From Chloroflexota bacterium (GTDB lineage: Bacteria; Chloroflexota; Dehalococcoidia; JACQUD01): 58,691 nucleotides of DNA. How positions within the stretch are numbered: the stretch's first letter is position 1; every line of letters begins with the position of its first letter. The stretch spans positions 1-58,691 of the forward strand of contig JACQUD010000061.1 of the NCBI GenBank assembly GCA_016210485.1. The letters run 5' to 3'. Positions 1-8,408 of the stretch are shown here, one piece after another. A program made the position numbers and the translations under genes. The notes beneath the pieces were generated by a model. That model ran no database searches and was not told where the DNA came from. It was given only the letters and a program-made list of their open reading frames with translations.

Positions 1-1675
1 CGTTAGCCAGGGCCTCCTGGATGATGCGTATCACCTGGATCTCAACCTCGGCGCTCAGTCTTACAGAGGTGTTCTCAGGGACGATGGTCAAGCTCACGGG
101 GATTCCGCTCAACTGCTGGAACTTGTCCAGATATTCCTGCAACGCGGCGATGAAACCGTCTCGAGGCGAGATAGTGCTGCGCAGCCCCAGGATCGCCTCC
201 CGGGTGTCAGCGTACACGTCCTTGGCCGCCCTCTCGAGTTCGGAAAGCTCGGAGCGTGCCGTAGCTGGATCGCCGATGTCCAGGAACCGCCTTACGGTCA
301 GGGTCTTGGCGTTGACATAGGCCAGGACCTGGGCAACTCCATCATGGATCTCACGGGCGATGCGCCCCCTCTCCTCGGCCACCGCCAGGCTTTGCACCCT
401 CTGGTACAACAGCACGTTCTCCATGGCAACCCCTACTTGATTGCCGACAGCGGTCATCAGTTGCAGCTCCCGGGGGGTAAAGCGCCGGGACTCTCTGGAA
501 GCTAGGTCCATTGCACCCACCACTTTGCCTTTGGCGTGCAAAGGAATACAAACGAACAACCGGAAGCCCGCTTTCTTCACGCCAGCGCGAAGGAAAGAGT
601 CTTCAGTGGAGATATCCGGGCAAATGACAGGCTCCCCTGTCAGCGCCACCTTGCCCGGGAAGCCCTCTCCCTTCTTGAATTTGGTTATCTCACGGAAGGC
701 CTCTGGGAAAAGCCCGGAGTGAGTGAGCAAGACCATCTCCTGGGCCTCATCGTCCCAGAGCCAGGCTTCACCAGCCTCCATGCCGGATAGCTCCATCGCT
801 CTGTCCAGCGCCGCCTTTACGATTTCTTTCAAGTTCAGGCTGCTGTTGAGGGCCGCCGAGAGCTCGTTCAGGGCGGCCAGCTCGCGGGTCCGTCGGGCGC
901 CCTCCTCGAAGAGAGATGCCCGTTCTACCGCTGTGGCCACCTGGTTGGCGATCCCGGAGACCAGGCGGGCCGCGGAGTCATCGAAGGTCCCGGCCCGTCG
1001 AGCGATCAAGGCCATGACACCGACTACCCTTCCCTGGGTAGTCAAGGGCAAGGACATCGTAGAGCCGAAACCTTCCCGGCGTGCTATCTCCTGCAGGCTG
1101 GGGGTACCCTCCTTGAGGACATCCGATAAAACAACGGGCGACCCGGTGGTCACTACCTTGGTGCCTATGGGCGCATCGGCCAGCTTCTGGCGGCGGATGC
1201 GCTCTAGCATTCGCGGTGAAATCCCGGTATACGTTTCCGAGAAGAGCTCTGTCCTGTCCGGGGTGAGCAGGCAGATGGCCCCCGAGTCGGCGTGCACCAG
1301 GCGCATGACCCGGTCCAACGCATCGCGCATGATGACGTTCACGCTGAGGGAAAGCCCCAGAGACTCGGCGATCTCGCTTACGGCCGTTAGCTCCTCGTTT
1401 TGCCGTTTCACCTTGTCCTGGGTCCGCTGCACCAGGTGAAAGATCAGGTTGGCGAAGGTGGAAACCCCAACCAGGAACATGGAATATACTACTAGGAAGC
1501 CGCTGCGGGTGTGCAGGAACCATCCCCAGGAAACGAAATGGCGGACATAGTCCACAGCCAGCAGAAATGCCATGGGCAGCAGGATGGCCAGCCACTTGAG
1601 ATGGCGAAGTTCCATCCGACCCAGGTCAGCGCGGATCCTCTTAATCATATCTTTATGATATAGCTTTCCAGCCAT
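1..1675 (-). CDS. Sensor histidine kinase with 2 TM helices, tandem GAF-like domains and a HisKA_3 H-box. The 3' part (ATPase domain) runs off the window edge.
   Basis: Absent from the ORF track because it has no stop in the window. The reverse-complement reading from the ATG at 1675 gives MAGKLYHKDMIKRIRADL..., then two hydrophobic helices and two GAF-like blocks. It continues with 'ERGRIAREIHDGVAQVLAYV' (NarX/LiaS-type H-box) and '...VIRIIQEALAN' at position ~1. I saw no in-frame stop. Confidence 0.85.
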   Translation of the reverse strand, partial: MAGKLYHKDMIKRIRADLGRMELRHLKWLAILLPMAFLLAVDYVRHFVSWGWFLHTRSGFLVVYSMFLVGVSTFANLIFHLVQRTQDKVKRQNEELTAVSEIAESLGLSLSVNVIMRDALDRVMRLVHADSGAICLLTPDRTELFSETYTGISPRMLERIRRQKLADAPIGTKVVTTGSPVVLSDVLKEGTPSLQEIARREGFGSTMSLPLTTQGRVVGVMALIARRAGTFDDSAARLVSGIANQVATAVERASLFEEGARRTRELAALNELSAALNSSLNLKEIVKAALDRAMELSGMEAGEAWLWDDEAQEMVLLTHSGLFPEAFREITKFKKGEGFPGKVALTGEPVICPDISTEDSFLRAGVKKAGFRLFVCIPLHAKGKVVGAMDLASRESRRFTPRELQLMTAVGNQVGVAMENVLLYQRVQSLAVAEERGRIAREIHDGVAQVLAYVNAKTLTVRRFLDIGDPATARSELSELERAAKDVYADTREAILGLRSTISPRDGFIAALQEYLDKFQQLSGIPVSLTIVPENTSVRLSAEVEIQVIRIIQEALAN

Positions 1676-1725
1676 GTTGCCAATGGGCGTCTTTTCCGCT
1701 CCCTCTGGTAGAGCATCTTCTGACA

Positions 1726-2727
1726 TTATCTGACCTTGGCAACGGGCTCGGTCTCAACCGGCGTGTCGGTCCGGTTGTTCCATTCCGCCATCGAGCCGTC
1801 GTAGTTGGTCACCTTGTCGAAGCCCATGAGTCTCAAGGTGAAATAACCGTGAGCCGCCCGCACCCCGGTCTGGCAATAGACGGCGACAGTATCATTCTGT
1901 GTCAGCCCTTTGCCGACGAACATGGCGGCCAGCTCTCCGGCAGGTTTCCAGACTCCAGCGTCCCCAGGTGTCATGGTATCCTCCCAGTTAACGTTCACGG
2001 CGCCCGGGACATGCCCACCCTTCATGTTGCCCCGAAGATCCTGGCCGACGTATTCGGCCAGGCTGCGGGTGTCCATCACCGTGAAGCCTGGTTTGCCGAG
2101 GTTCCCCAGGAGCGCGTCTCCGGTGATGAGAAGACGGCCCTCGGGGCGGGCGGTGAACTGCGCCGGCGTGACTTCGGGGACCGCCTGGGTGATGGGCCTG
2201 TTTTCTTGCTGCCACTTGGGGAAACCGCCATTCAGAATGGCGACCTTATCCCTGAGGCCGAAGTATTCCAGAGTCCAGAAGACTCGCGCCGCAACCATGC
2301 CCCGGTTCTCGTCATACAGCACCACCTTGACCGTATCGTCACCGATGCCCAACTCAGCGAGGGCCGTCTCTATTTGCGAGACCGGCGGCAGCTCGTTGGG
2401 GAAAGGTTGGTTGACGGAGATCCGGGAGAGTGGCAGGTTGAGGGCGTCCGGCAAATGTCCGGCAGCATATCTGTCGGGGGACCTGACGTCCAGGAGCCGC
2501 ATTCCAGGGGCGTCCAGGTTCGCCTGGAGCCATGAGGTCTCCACCAGGAGATGGGCGTTGGGGTAGGCCGAGACAGGCGCGGGTGTTGCCGTCGGAGTCG
2601 GAGTGGCCTCCCGGGCGCAAGCTGTTAGAACTAGCAGGGCTGCCAGGAGCCACAAGACTATCCACTGGCGCTGCAACCTAATACGGGACACAGGGGCCCT
2701 TTCATCCTTGGAGACATCTTCTAACAT
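1726..2727 (-). CDS. Exported (lipoprotein-type signal) tandem-rhodanese sulfurtransferase (thiosulfate/3-mercaptopyruvate sulfurtransferase family)
   Basis: 333-aa ORF. It has the signal 'LLAALLVLTAC', two rhodanese-like repeats and the C-terminal catalytic loop 'VYCQTGVRAAH'. Confidence 0.85.
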   Translation of the reverse strand: MLEDVSKDERAPVSRIRLQRQWIVLWLLAALLVLTACAREATPTPTATPAPVSAYPNAHLLVETSWLQANLDAPGMRLLDVRSPDRYAAGHLPDALNLPLSRISVNQPFPNELPPVSQIETALAELGIGDDTVKVVLYDENRGMVAARVFWTLEYFGLRDKVAILNGGFPKWQQENRPITQAVPEVTPAQFTARPEGRLLITGDALLGNLGKPGFTVMDTRSLAEYVGQDLRGNMKGGHVPGAVNVNWEDTMTPGDAGVWKPAGELAAMFVGKGLTQNDTVAVYCQTGVRAAHGYFTLRLMGFDKVTNYDGSMAEWNNRTDTPVETEPVAKVR

Positions 2728-2739
2728 CGTGTCGGCGCC

Positions 2740-4755
2740 CTACTTCTCGGATACGACGATGGTGCCCATCATCTCAGGATGAAGCGGACATGTCATGGTG
2801 AAGGTACCGGTATCGGGTGGCACAAAGGAAATAGCCAGCCAGCCACCTGCCCTGGCATGCAGGTGCACATCTATTCCGGTGGGGCATATCCCCGATTCGG
2901 AGTCACACACGTGGTAAGGTAGAAACAAAGCAGAGCGGAGGCTGTTGATGTCCGATGGCATGGGTCCCGTATCTTGTGATGAGAGCCAGAGAATGTCCTG
3001 GGCCGGCATCTGACGGGCATGGAAGTGATGCTCCACACTTCCGGTGTTCTCAAAGACCAGGACCACCCGCTGCCCCTTGACCAGCGACAGGCTGGCTGGC
3101 TCGAAGCCAGAATCGCTGCCCTTGACCTGAATGACGCGAGCATCGGCCAGGGAGACCCGCGTCAGTGTTTGCGAGGGGGTAGACGGAGATATGGGCAGGT
3201 GCCATACCAGAGGCGCTATAACTGCTTCAACGCAGTCATCGTCGGAAGCTACGGACAGCGTCAACACCTGATGTCCCCCTTTTATGAGAGGCGAGCCGCT
3301 CCCATCCTTCGATGGAAACAGGTAGTGCGTTGTGCGGTGATGACCATCGGAGAGCAGTGGCCTCACCCTGACAGGGGCAAACGGGCCTCTGCCGTCCACG
3401 GTAAGAACAAGGTTGAGCGCATCTTCAGGAAGGTCCGAGGCGTGAATCGACTGGGTCACCGTGAAAGAGATGCCGATGCCTCCTGACTCGATCTCTGGAG
3501 ACATGCGCCCGGTTAACTCAAACAGGAGGGGGGCCTCGTATATAGCCTCCAGGTCGCTGTCGCCCGGCCCCTGGCCAGCGCGGGTTAGCAGAGGTATCAA
3601 CTCCCTGACCATGGCAGCGGTCCTGAGGCTTCTTTGGACATCGTCCTCGGTGACTCCAGCTTTCGCTGTGGGAGGAGGCTCCTGTGTCGCGGGCCCCTCG
3701 GAAAAGACGGTCATCTTCCCCCGGATTTGGGGGTGAAGGGGGTCTTGCACGGCGAACGTTCCACTCCCAGCGGCAGAAAAGGACATGGCATCCAGCCCGC
3801 CCCCTTCGGCATAAAGATGGACCTCGTCAGCTCTGGGACAAACGCCGGCGGCCGAGGTGCACATGGTCAACAGAGCAAGGTCGGAATCTACAAAACTGGC
3901 GCTATGATCGTGCTCGTCGCTGCCCTCGGCGCCTAGTGTGTCATGATTCCCCCTGGACAGCCACCTGGGGTCTATCGGTGTCAACCCTATGACTTGATAG
4001 TGACGTTCGTCAGCGGTTTGATTTCGCAGTACTAGACTTATGGTCCATCCTGCAGGGATGAGGACCAACGCTGGCTGGATGCCGCCCTCTGTCATGTCCA
4101 CGTTTATGGTCATGTACCCGGCAGGGGCAAGGGACAGCGTGAGGTCACTCGTTTCAACGGGGACGACTGCGGTGGGCTCGCTTCCAGGCGCAGCGGCCTC
4201 ATCTTGACCAAACGTGCCAGCGCCGCCGGAGCGAGCAACCTGGAGCAGCCCCAGCAGCACTAAAGTGGCGACTACGCTCACCGATGTCATCCCAGCTAGC
4301 CTCAGGCGATGGGCCACGGCCTTTTTGGACACCTGCCTCCAGAACAGCAACACGCTCAGCGCCGCCACGATGCCCAACTCTAACGTCTTGGAGGCCACAT
4401 CTAGGATGCCCAAACCTTCCACGTGGCCAGCGTGCGCACCAAACAGGGGTATGCCCACGGTGCGGGTCACCACGTAGAAGCCAGCCATCCACAGATTGAG
4501 GGAGATGCCGGTGATCAAGTACCAGGGCGCTGCAAAGAGCCGCCTCCTGGGCGCCACGAGCCCCACTGCGTAGAGGCTCTGGAGCCCCGCTACCAAGAGG
4601 AAGAACCACCCATAGCCCCACCACTCTCTGAAATGCTCCGGGGCAAACGCCAGATGGATAGCAGAGGCGCCAAGGGAGAACAGGGCCGCCGAAGCTCTAA
4701 GGGTGAGCTGTTTCGTGACCCTGTAACGTATCTGGCCAACCCTCATCTTCTCCAC
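2740..4755 (-). CDS. Membrane-anchored protein with two paralogous cupredoxin-like domains, one with an intact Cys-His-Met pattern and one degenerate
   Basis: 671 aa, with about 5 N-terminal hydrophobic helices. The C-terminal domain ends 'FTMTCPLHPEMMGTIVV' (Cys-x2-His-x2-Met). Its internal paralog has 'FAVQDPLHPQIRGKMTVF', with Asp in place of Cys. Both carry a C-x6-C pair ('MCTSAAGVCP', 'VCDSESGICP') and His-rich strands ('EHHFHA', 'DVHLHA'). Confidence 0.7.
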   Translation of the reverse strand: MEKMRVGQIRYRVTKQLTLRASAALFSLGASAIHLAFAPEHFREWWGYGWFFLLVAGLQSLYAVGLVAPRRRLFAAPWYLITGISLNLWMAGFYVVTRTVGIPLFGAHAGHVEGLGILDVASKTLELGIVAALSVLLFWRQVSKKAVAHRLRLAGMTSVSVVATLVLLGLLQVARSGGAGTFGQDEAAAPGSEPTAVVPVETSDLTLSLAPAGYMTINVDMTEGGIQPALVLIPAGWTISLVLRNQTADERHYQVIGLTPIDPRWLSRGNHDTLGAEGSDEHDHSASFVDSDLALLTMCTSAAGVCPRADEVHLYAEGGGLDAMSFSAAGSGTFAVQDPLHPQIRGKMTVFSEGPATQEPPPTAKAGVTEDDVQRSLRTAAMVRELIPLLTRAGQGPGDSDLEAIYEAPLLFELTGRMSPEIESGGIGISFTVTQSIHASDLPEDALNLVLTVDGRGPFAPVRVRPLLSDGHHRTTHYLFPSKDGSGSPLIKGGHQVLTLSVASDDDCVEAVIAPLVWHLPISPSTPSQTLTRVSLADARVIQVKGSDSGFEPASLSLVKGQRVVLVFENTGSVEHHFHARQMPAQDILWLSSQDTGPMPSDINSLRSALFLPYHVCDSESGICPTGIDVHLHARAGGWLAISFVPPDTGTFTMTCPLHPEMMGTIVVSEK

Positions 4756-4848
4756 CTTACGGCCGCTGGGTCAGATACTGTAGATAAGCCGCCACCGCTG
4801 TCTCCTTTTGATTTCCCGCCTGTTTCCTAATTGTCAGGCTTTGCCGTT

Positions 4849-4887
4849 GGATGTGCGCCCGAGCCTTTGCAGGCCGGGCGCACATCC
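4849..4887 (-). terminator. Perfect 13-bp GC-rich hairpin between the beta-propeller gene stop and the next gene. It may be a terminator or an mRNA-stabilising stem.
   Basis: The arms ggatgtgcgcccg (4849-4861) and cgggcgcacatcc (4875-4887) flank a 13-nt loop. There is no clean T-tract on the minus strand, so its function as a terminator is uncertain. Confidence 0.4.
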
Positions 4888-4895
4888 TCGTACTG

Positions 4896-6464
4896 TTATT
4901 TCTTCGCGGCTGCGAGCTCCGCGACCTTGGCCCTTACGATGGCCCAGATGGATTCTGACTTGGGACCGCCCTGGTCGAGCAGCACCTCGCCAGTCCAGTC
5001 CGCGTTGTACCGAACGAATCCACCCGAGTGGGTATCCCCGCCATTGGGAGTCGGGATATAGGCCTTGGTCTTGTTCGTGTTCAGGTCCAGGACTATGGTC
5101 TCCCAGCCGTTCTGGTCGCTTATCCAGAGCTCGTTCACCGCCGGGTCCGGGTGTAGGATACCATGGTCTATGCTGGAGGCCGACCCACCCAGGGTGATCG
5201 GCAGTTGGGTAAACGTGCGGTCCTGCCTGAACAGGTTCGTGTCGATGACGCCCACCACGCCACCCTTGTTGTGGCTGCCCTCGCCCTTGCCAATGACGTA
5301 AAGGCGTGTCTCATCCCAGTTCAGGGCCAGCCCATAAGGCCCTGCCACCCCAGCACTGGTGCGAGCGACGACAGTGTTTGTGGTGTTGTCAATCTTGACA
5401 GTCTGGCTGGTCTCGGCATCGTTAACGTAGGTGAACTTGCCGTCCGCAGTGTGGGTGATGCCGATGGGGTGGTGTCCCACGTTCGGGATGACCGTCACCG
5501 CGCCGGTCTCCAGATTGAGCTTGGCTATCCCTGCCGCTGGAAACTCGGAACGCGTGATCTCTGGTGAATCCATGGAGATGTAGAGGAACTTGCCGTCGGG
5601 ACTGGGCGTCGTGAACGGATGGCCCATGGGCTTCACGTCGTCATACGTTATCGCCTTCACAACTCTGTTGTCATCCTTGGGGTCGAGTATGACGTGAGGG
5701 CCGCCGTCGGATCCGAAGCCGAACGTCAGGACCACCCGGTCCTGTCCCTTGGAATCTTTGAACGACTGGATGTGATGGAGATACTGCCTGCGCATCTTCC
5801 CCTGATAGTAGCTCTCCTGCTTGAGGAGCTTGTCTATCTTCAAGGTCCTCATATTGACGATGGCCACCACGGACTCGTCTTTGCCGGCAGCGTCCTTCTG
5901 TCCCCAGCCCACGTACGCCCACTTCCCATCCGGCGAGACCATGACGCCATGAGGATAGCGTATGATCTCCTGTCCCACGTTGAAAAGGGCCGACTTCACG
6001 ACTTCCTTGGTGTTGGCGTCTATGAGGTGGAAGCCGGCGAAGAACGGCGCGCTCTTGTCGTACTTGGGGCTAATGGACAGAGTGCCCTCGCTGCTAATGT
6101 ATATCAGGGGGTGGTCCTTGGCGCTCCAGGCATCGGGCCCGCTGGAGTCGTAAGTAGCCACCAGCTTTAACCCCGCTCGGATGGACTCCGCCGTGTCCCA
6201 TCCCGTGGGCTGGGCCGCCGCTGGGACAGGCTGGAGTTGGCCGGCCTGGACCATGGTAACAGGCGCCAGCCCCTTTATTTCCGCTTGAAGCTGCGAGACC
6301 TCGGACTCCTTCTCGACCACCTTGGCTTCAGCTACGGCCGCCCTGGCCTTGGCATCGTCCAGGTCTTTTTGAGACACGCCTCCACCGCAGGCCACAAGCA
6401 GCCCGACCAGCGCCACTAGGCCAGCGAGGAGGAGAAAGCGTTTTCTCGCTCGTGTTGACGGCAT
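4896..6464 (-). CDS. Lipoprotein with a charged coiled-coil-like linker and a His-rich beta-propeller (YVTN/cd1-like repeats)
   Basis: 522 aa with lipobox 'GLLVACGG'. Blade-like repeats include 'VMVSPDGKWAYVGWG', 'TTPSPDGKFLYISMD', 'GITHTADGKFTYVNDAETSQTVKIDNTTNTVV' and 'LALNWDETRLYVIGKG'. There are many conserved-looking His residues ('YLHHIQ', 'VGHHPIG', 'GDTHSGG'). Confidence 0.7.
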   Translation of the reverse strand: MPSTRARKRFLLLAGLVALVGLLVACGGGVSQKDLDDAKARAAVAEAKVVEKESEVSQLQAEIKGLAPVTMVQAGQLQPVPAAAQPTGWDTAESIRAGLKLVATYDSSGPDAWSAKDHPLIYISSEGTLSISPKYDKSAPFFAGFHLIDANTKEVVKSALFNVGQEIIRYPHGVMVSPDGKWAYVGWGQKDAAGKDESVVAIVNMRTLKIDKLLKQESYYQGKMRRQYLHHIQSFKDSKGQDRVVLTFGFGSDGGPHVILDPKDDNRVVKAITYDDVKPMGHPFTTPSPDGKFLYISMDSPEITRSEFPAAGIAKLNLETGAVTVIPNVGHHPIGITHTADGKFTYVNDAETSQTVKIDNTTNTVVARTSAGVAGPYGLALNWDETRLYVIGKGEGSHNKGGVVGVIDTNLFRQDRTFTQLPITLGGSASSIDHGILHPDPAVNELWISDQNGWETIVLDLNTNKTKAYIPTPNGGDTHSGGFVRYNADWTGEVLLDQGGPKSESIWAIVRAKVAELAAAKK

Positions 6465-6506
6465 TTGATTTGTCTCCTTATCTCAAAGATTCCTCTTTGG
6501 TCCAAG

Positions 6507-6518
6507 TACCCTTGGGTA
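6507..6518. promoter_or_regulatory. Candidate operator, an inverted repeat TACCC-TT-GGGTA that resembles CsoR-type copper-repressor sites
   Basis: tacccttgggta lies about 45 nt upstream of the 6464 start codon, in the divergent spacer between two copper-protein gene sets. Confidence 0.3.
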
Positions 6519-6947
6519 GACCAACGTTCTCTCGTTACATTCCACCTCCCGCCGGTTGCCGGCAGCACCCCAGGGCCAGGGATTCTCCTGCCTAGCGTCG
6601 CCCATATGTGAGACTCATCACGATATACACCGACCATACTCTATGGCAGTCCTGCCGCCAATTGAACACCACAAATGGTAGTCCCGCAGCCAGAAGAGGG
6701 TAGGGTGGCGCTGTGTCCGCCTACCAGAACGGGTGGGCGGAGCTTTGGGAATAGCGAGTAGTGCTGGCACCGCGGAGTCAGCGGGCCACCCGAAGGCAAA
6801 AGGCGTTTGCTGGTGCCCACCCTCTGGGGCCGATAGGCGCTGGAGCACGACTACGAATAATGGTAGGGCATCGCGCCCCGAATCCCACCTCTTATGGTGG
6901 TGATTATCGCCCATCTCATGCCATATACTCGTGCCCAAAGGAGTCAA

Positions 6948-7499
6948 ATGAAGTTACTGCGTGTGCGCTACCTGATACTCGGCCTCGCTGGCGTTTCCGT
7001 CCTTCTGGCAGCGTGCTCGTCCGGCGCGGGAGAAAAAGAACAGCCGCAAGCGACGGCCACGCCTACCCCGACGGCGGTCCGGGCTGTCGCGCCCACGGCA
7101 ACGGCGACCGCCGCGAGGACCCCCACCGCCCCGCCGCTGGCTGCCACTCCTACTCCGACGGCGACGGCAGGCAAGACTCCAACCTCTGTTGTACAGACGC
7201 CGTCATCGTCGGCATCGGGACAGGAGATCCAGGTGCTCATGAGAAACAACGTGTTTCCCGAAGAGATCCACGTGAAAGCGGGGACAAAAGTTGTCTTCGT
7301 GGTCATCAACGAGTCTGATAACGATGAGCACAGCTTCGAGTTTCCAGATTTCGGGCTCACCTATAAGGTGCAAGCCGGTGAGACCATAAGGATCGAGTGG
7401 CAGGCCCCCAACAGCAAGGGTGTGTGGGACGCGGGGTGCTTTCTTACCCAGCCTGGCGGGGTGCACGACGGGATGGAAGGTCTCTTGATCATCGAGTAG
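6948..7499 (+). CDS. Cupredoxin (type-1 copper) lipoprotein with a Thr/Pro/Ala-rich linker
   Basis: ORF track gives 6894..7499. I trimmed it to the ATG at 6948, which is preceded by AAGGAG and gives 'MKLLRVRYLILGLAGVSVLLAAC'. The C-terminus 'EHSFEF...GCFLTQPGGVHDGMEG' fits the His/Cys/His/Met ligand pattern. Confidence 0.75.
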   Translation: MKLLRVRYLILGLAGVSVLLAACSSGAGEKEQPQATATPTPTAVRAVAPTATATAARTPTAPPLAATPTPTATAGKTPTSVVQTPSSSASGQEIQVLMRNNVFPEEIHVKAGTKVVFVVINESDNDEHSFEFPDFGLTYKVQAGETIRIEWQAPNSKGVWDAGCFLTQPGGVHDGMEGLLIIE

Positions 7500-7518
7500 C
7501 AAGATAGGAGGGTGTTGA

Positions 7519-7911
7519 GTGAAGAGCATGAGATCTGTCGTTGGACTGCTGTCGCTTGCAGGACTTCTAGCGTTGGCTGCGTGCGGTTCCGGTGGGGGCG
7601 AGGCCAAGAACCCGCCGCCCCAGGCCCAGGGGATGGCGCAGGAGGTCAAGGTAGATATGGGCGACTATTTCTATGAGCCAAGCCAGCTCACCATCAAGGC
7701 GGGGCAGGTGCATTTCGTCCTGACCAACGTGGGCAAGACGGCCCACCGCTTCGCCATTACCGGAAATGGCGTGAAAGTGAGCAGTCGGAACGTGGGCGCC
7801 GGACGGGAAGGGACCCTGGATGTGGAACTGGCCCCGGGCACATACAAGATGGGGTGCACCCTTGGCGACCACGAGGCGCGGGGCTCGGTTGGACAGATCG
7901 TTGTCCAGTAG
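7519..7911 (+). CDS. Small cupredoxin (plastocyanin/azurin-like) lipoprotein with Ser at the expected axial-Met position
   Basis: 130 aa with lipobox 'LLALAAC'. It contains 'KTAHRFAI' and 'YKMGCTLGDHEARGSVGQIVV' (Cys-x4-His, then Ser where related proteins have Met). An AGGAGGG lies upstream of the GTG start. Confidence 0.8.
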   Translation: MKSMRSVVGLLSLAGLLALAACGSGGGEAKNPPPQAQGMAQEVKVDMGDYFYEPSQLTIKAGQVHFVLTNVGKTAHRFAITGNGVKVSSRNVGAGREGTLDVELAPGTYKMGCTLGDHEARGSVGQIVVQ

Positions 7912-8404
7912 CCGGGTCCCGGCCGCCCCGGCCCGCAGTCAACCCTATAAAGGGCGAGGAACAGGCAAAGCGCAGGCGCCCGGGTCCGGCGACGGATGGG
8001 GGGTCCAGGACATCCGCTGGCCAGCTATCTGGGCAGGGTACGCAGTCGCAACGCTGGTCACTCTGGCCGCCGGATTGCCCTTGCTGGCAGCCAAAGACAG
8101 CACCTGGCTCCTGGCCGCCTCAGGCTCGGCGGGCCTGCTGGCAGGCGGACTGGTTACAGGAAAGCGAGCAGGTCGGCAATTGGCCCTTCTCAACGGGGCT
8201 CTCCTTTGCGTGATGTACAACGTAAGCGTGGCAGGGGCGTTCTTCATCGGGTCCATACTCCAACTGCTTCCTGAACCGCTGCCTGGGCTCCCCCAGGGGG
8301 ACTCCACGTTCTTCTTCGCTTGGCCGCTGGCCCAGTTCGTGTTGGCGGTCGCGGGCGCCGCCGTAGGCAGCCGTATGTCAGTGAAGCGGAAGACGGGAGG
8401 GTAG
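7889..8404 (+). CDS. Small 4-TM membrane protein of unknown function
   Basis: The ORF is open from 7820 (ATG inside the upstream gene). In-frame TTG codons at 7889 and 7901 are more plausible starts, so the start is uncertain. Four hydrophobic segments are present ('WAGYAVATLVTLAAGLPLLAA' ... 'WPLAQFVLAVAGAAVG'). Confidence 0.5.
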   Translation: MDRSLSSSRVPAAPARSQPYKGRGTGKAQAPGSGDGWGVQDIRWPAIWAGYAVATLVTLAAGLPLLAAKDSTWLLAASGSAGLLAGGLVTGKRAGRQLALLNGALLCVMYNVSVAGAFFIGSILQLLPEPLPGLPQGDSTFFFAWPLAQFVLAVAGAAVGSRMSVKRKTGG

Positions 8405-8408
8405 GCAA

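Noticed and set aside
723-1595. ORFs 723..1439 (+) and 978..1595 (-), along with 21..320, 351..551, 441..722 and 536..790
   Set aside because: All lie inside the partial histidine kinase gene, which reads without a stop from 1675 to the window edge and carries GAF and HisKA_3 motifs. The listed ORFs are other frames of that gene.
4896-6464. Calling the beta-propeller lipoprotein a NosZ- or thiocyanate-dehydrogenase-like copper enzyme, which would link it to the neighbouring rhodanese
   Set aside because: The idea is attractive because of the many His residues and the copper context. However, I cannot align the known His ligands by eye, and the blades look like generic YVTN repeats. I have left it as a speculation inside the copper-cluster finding.
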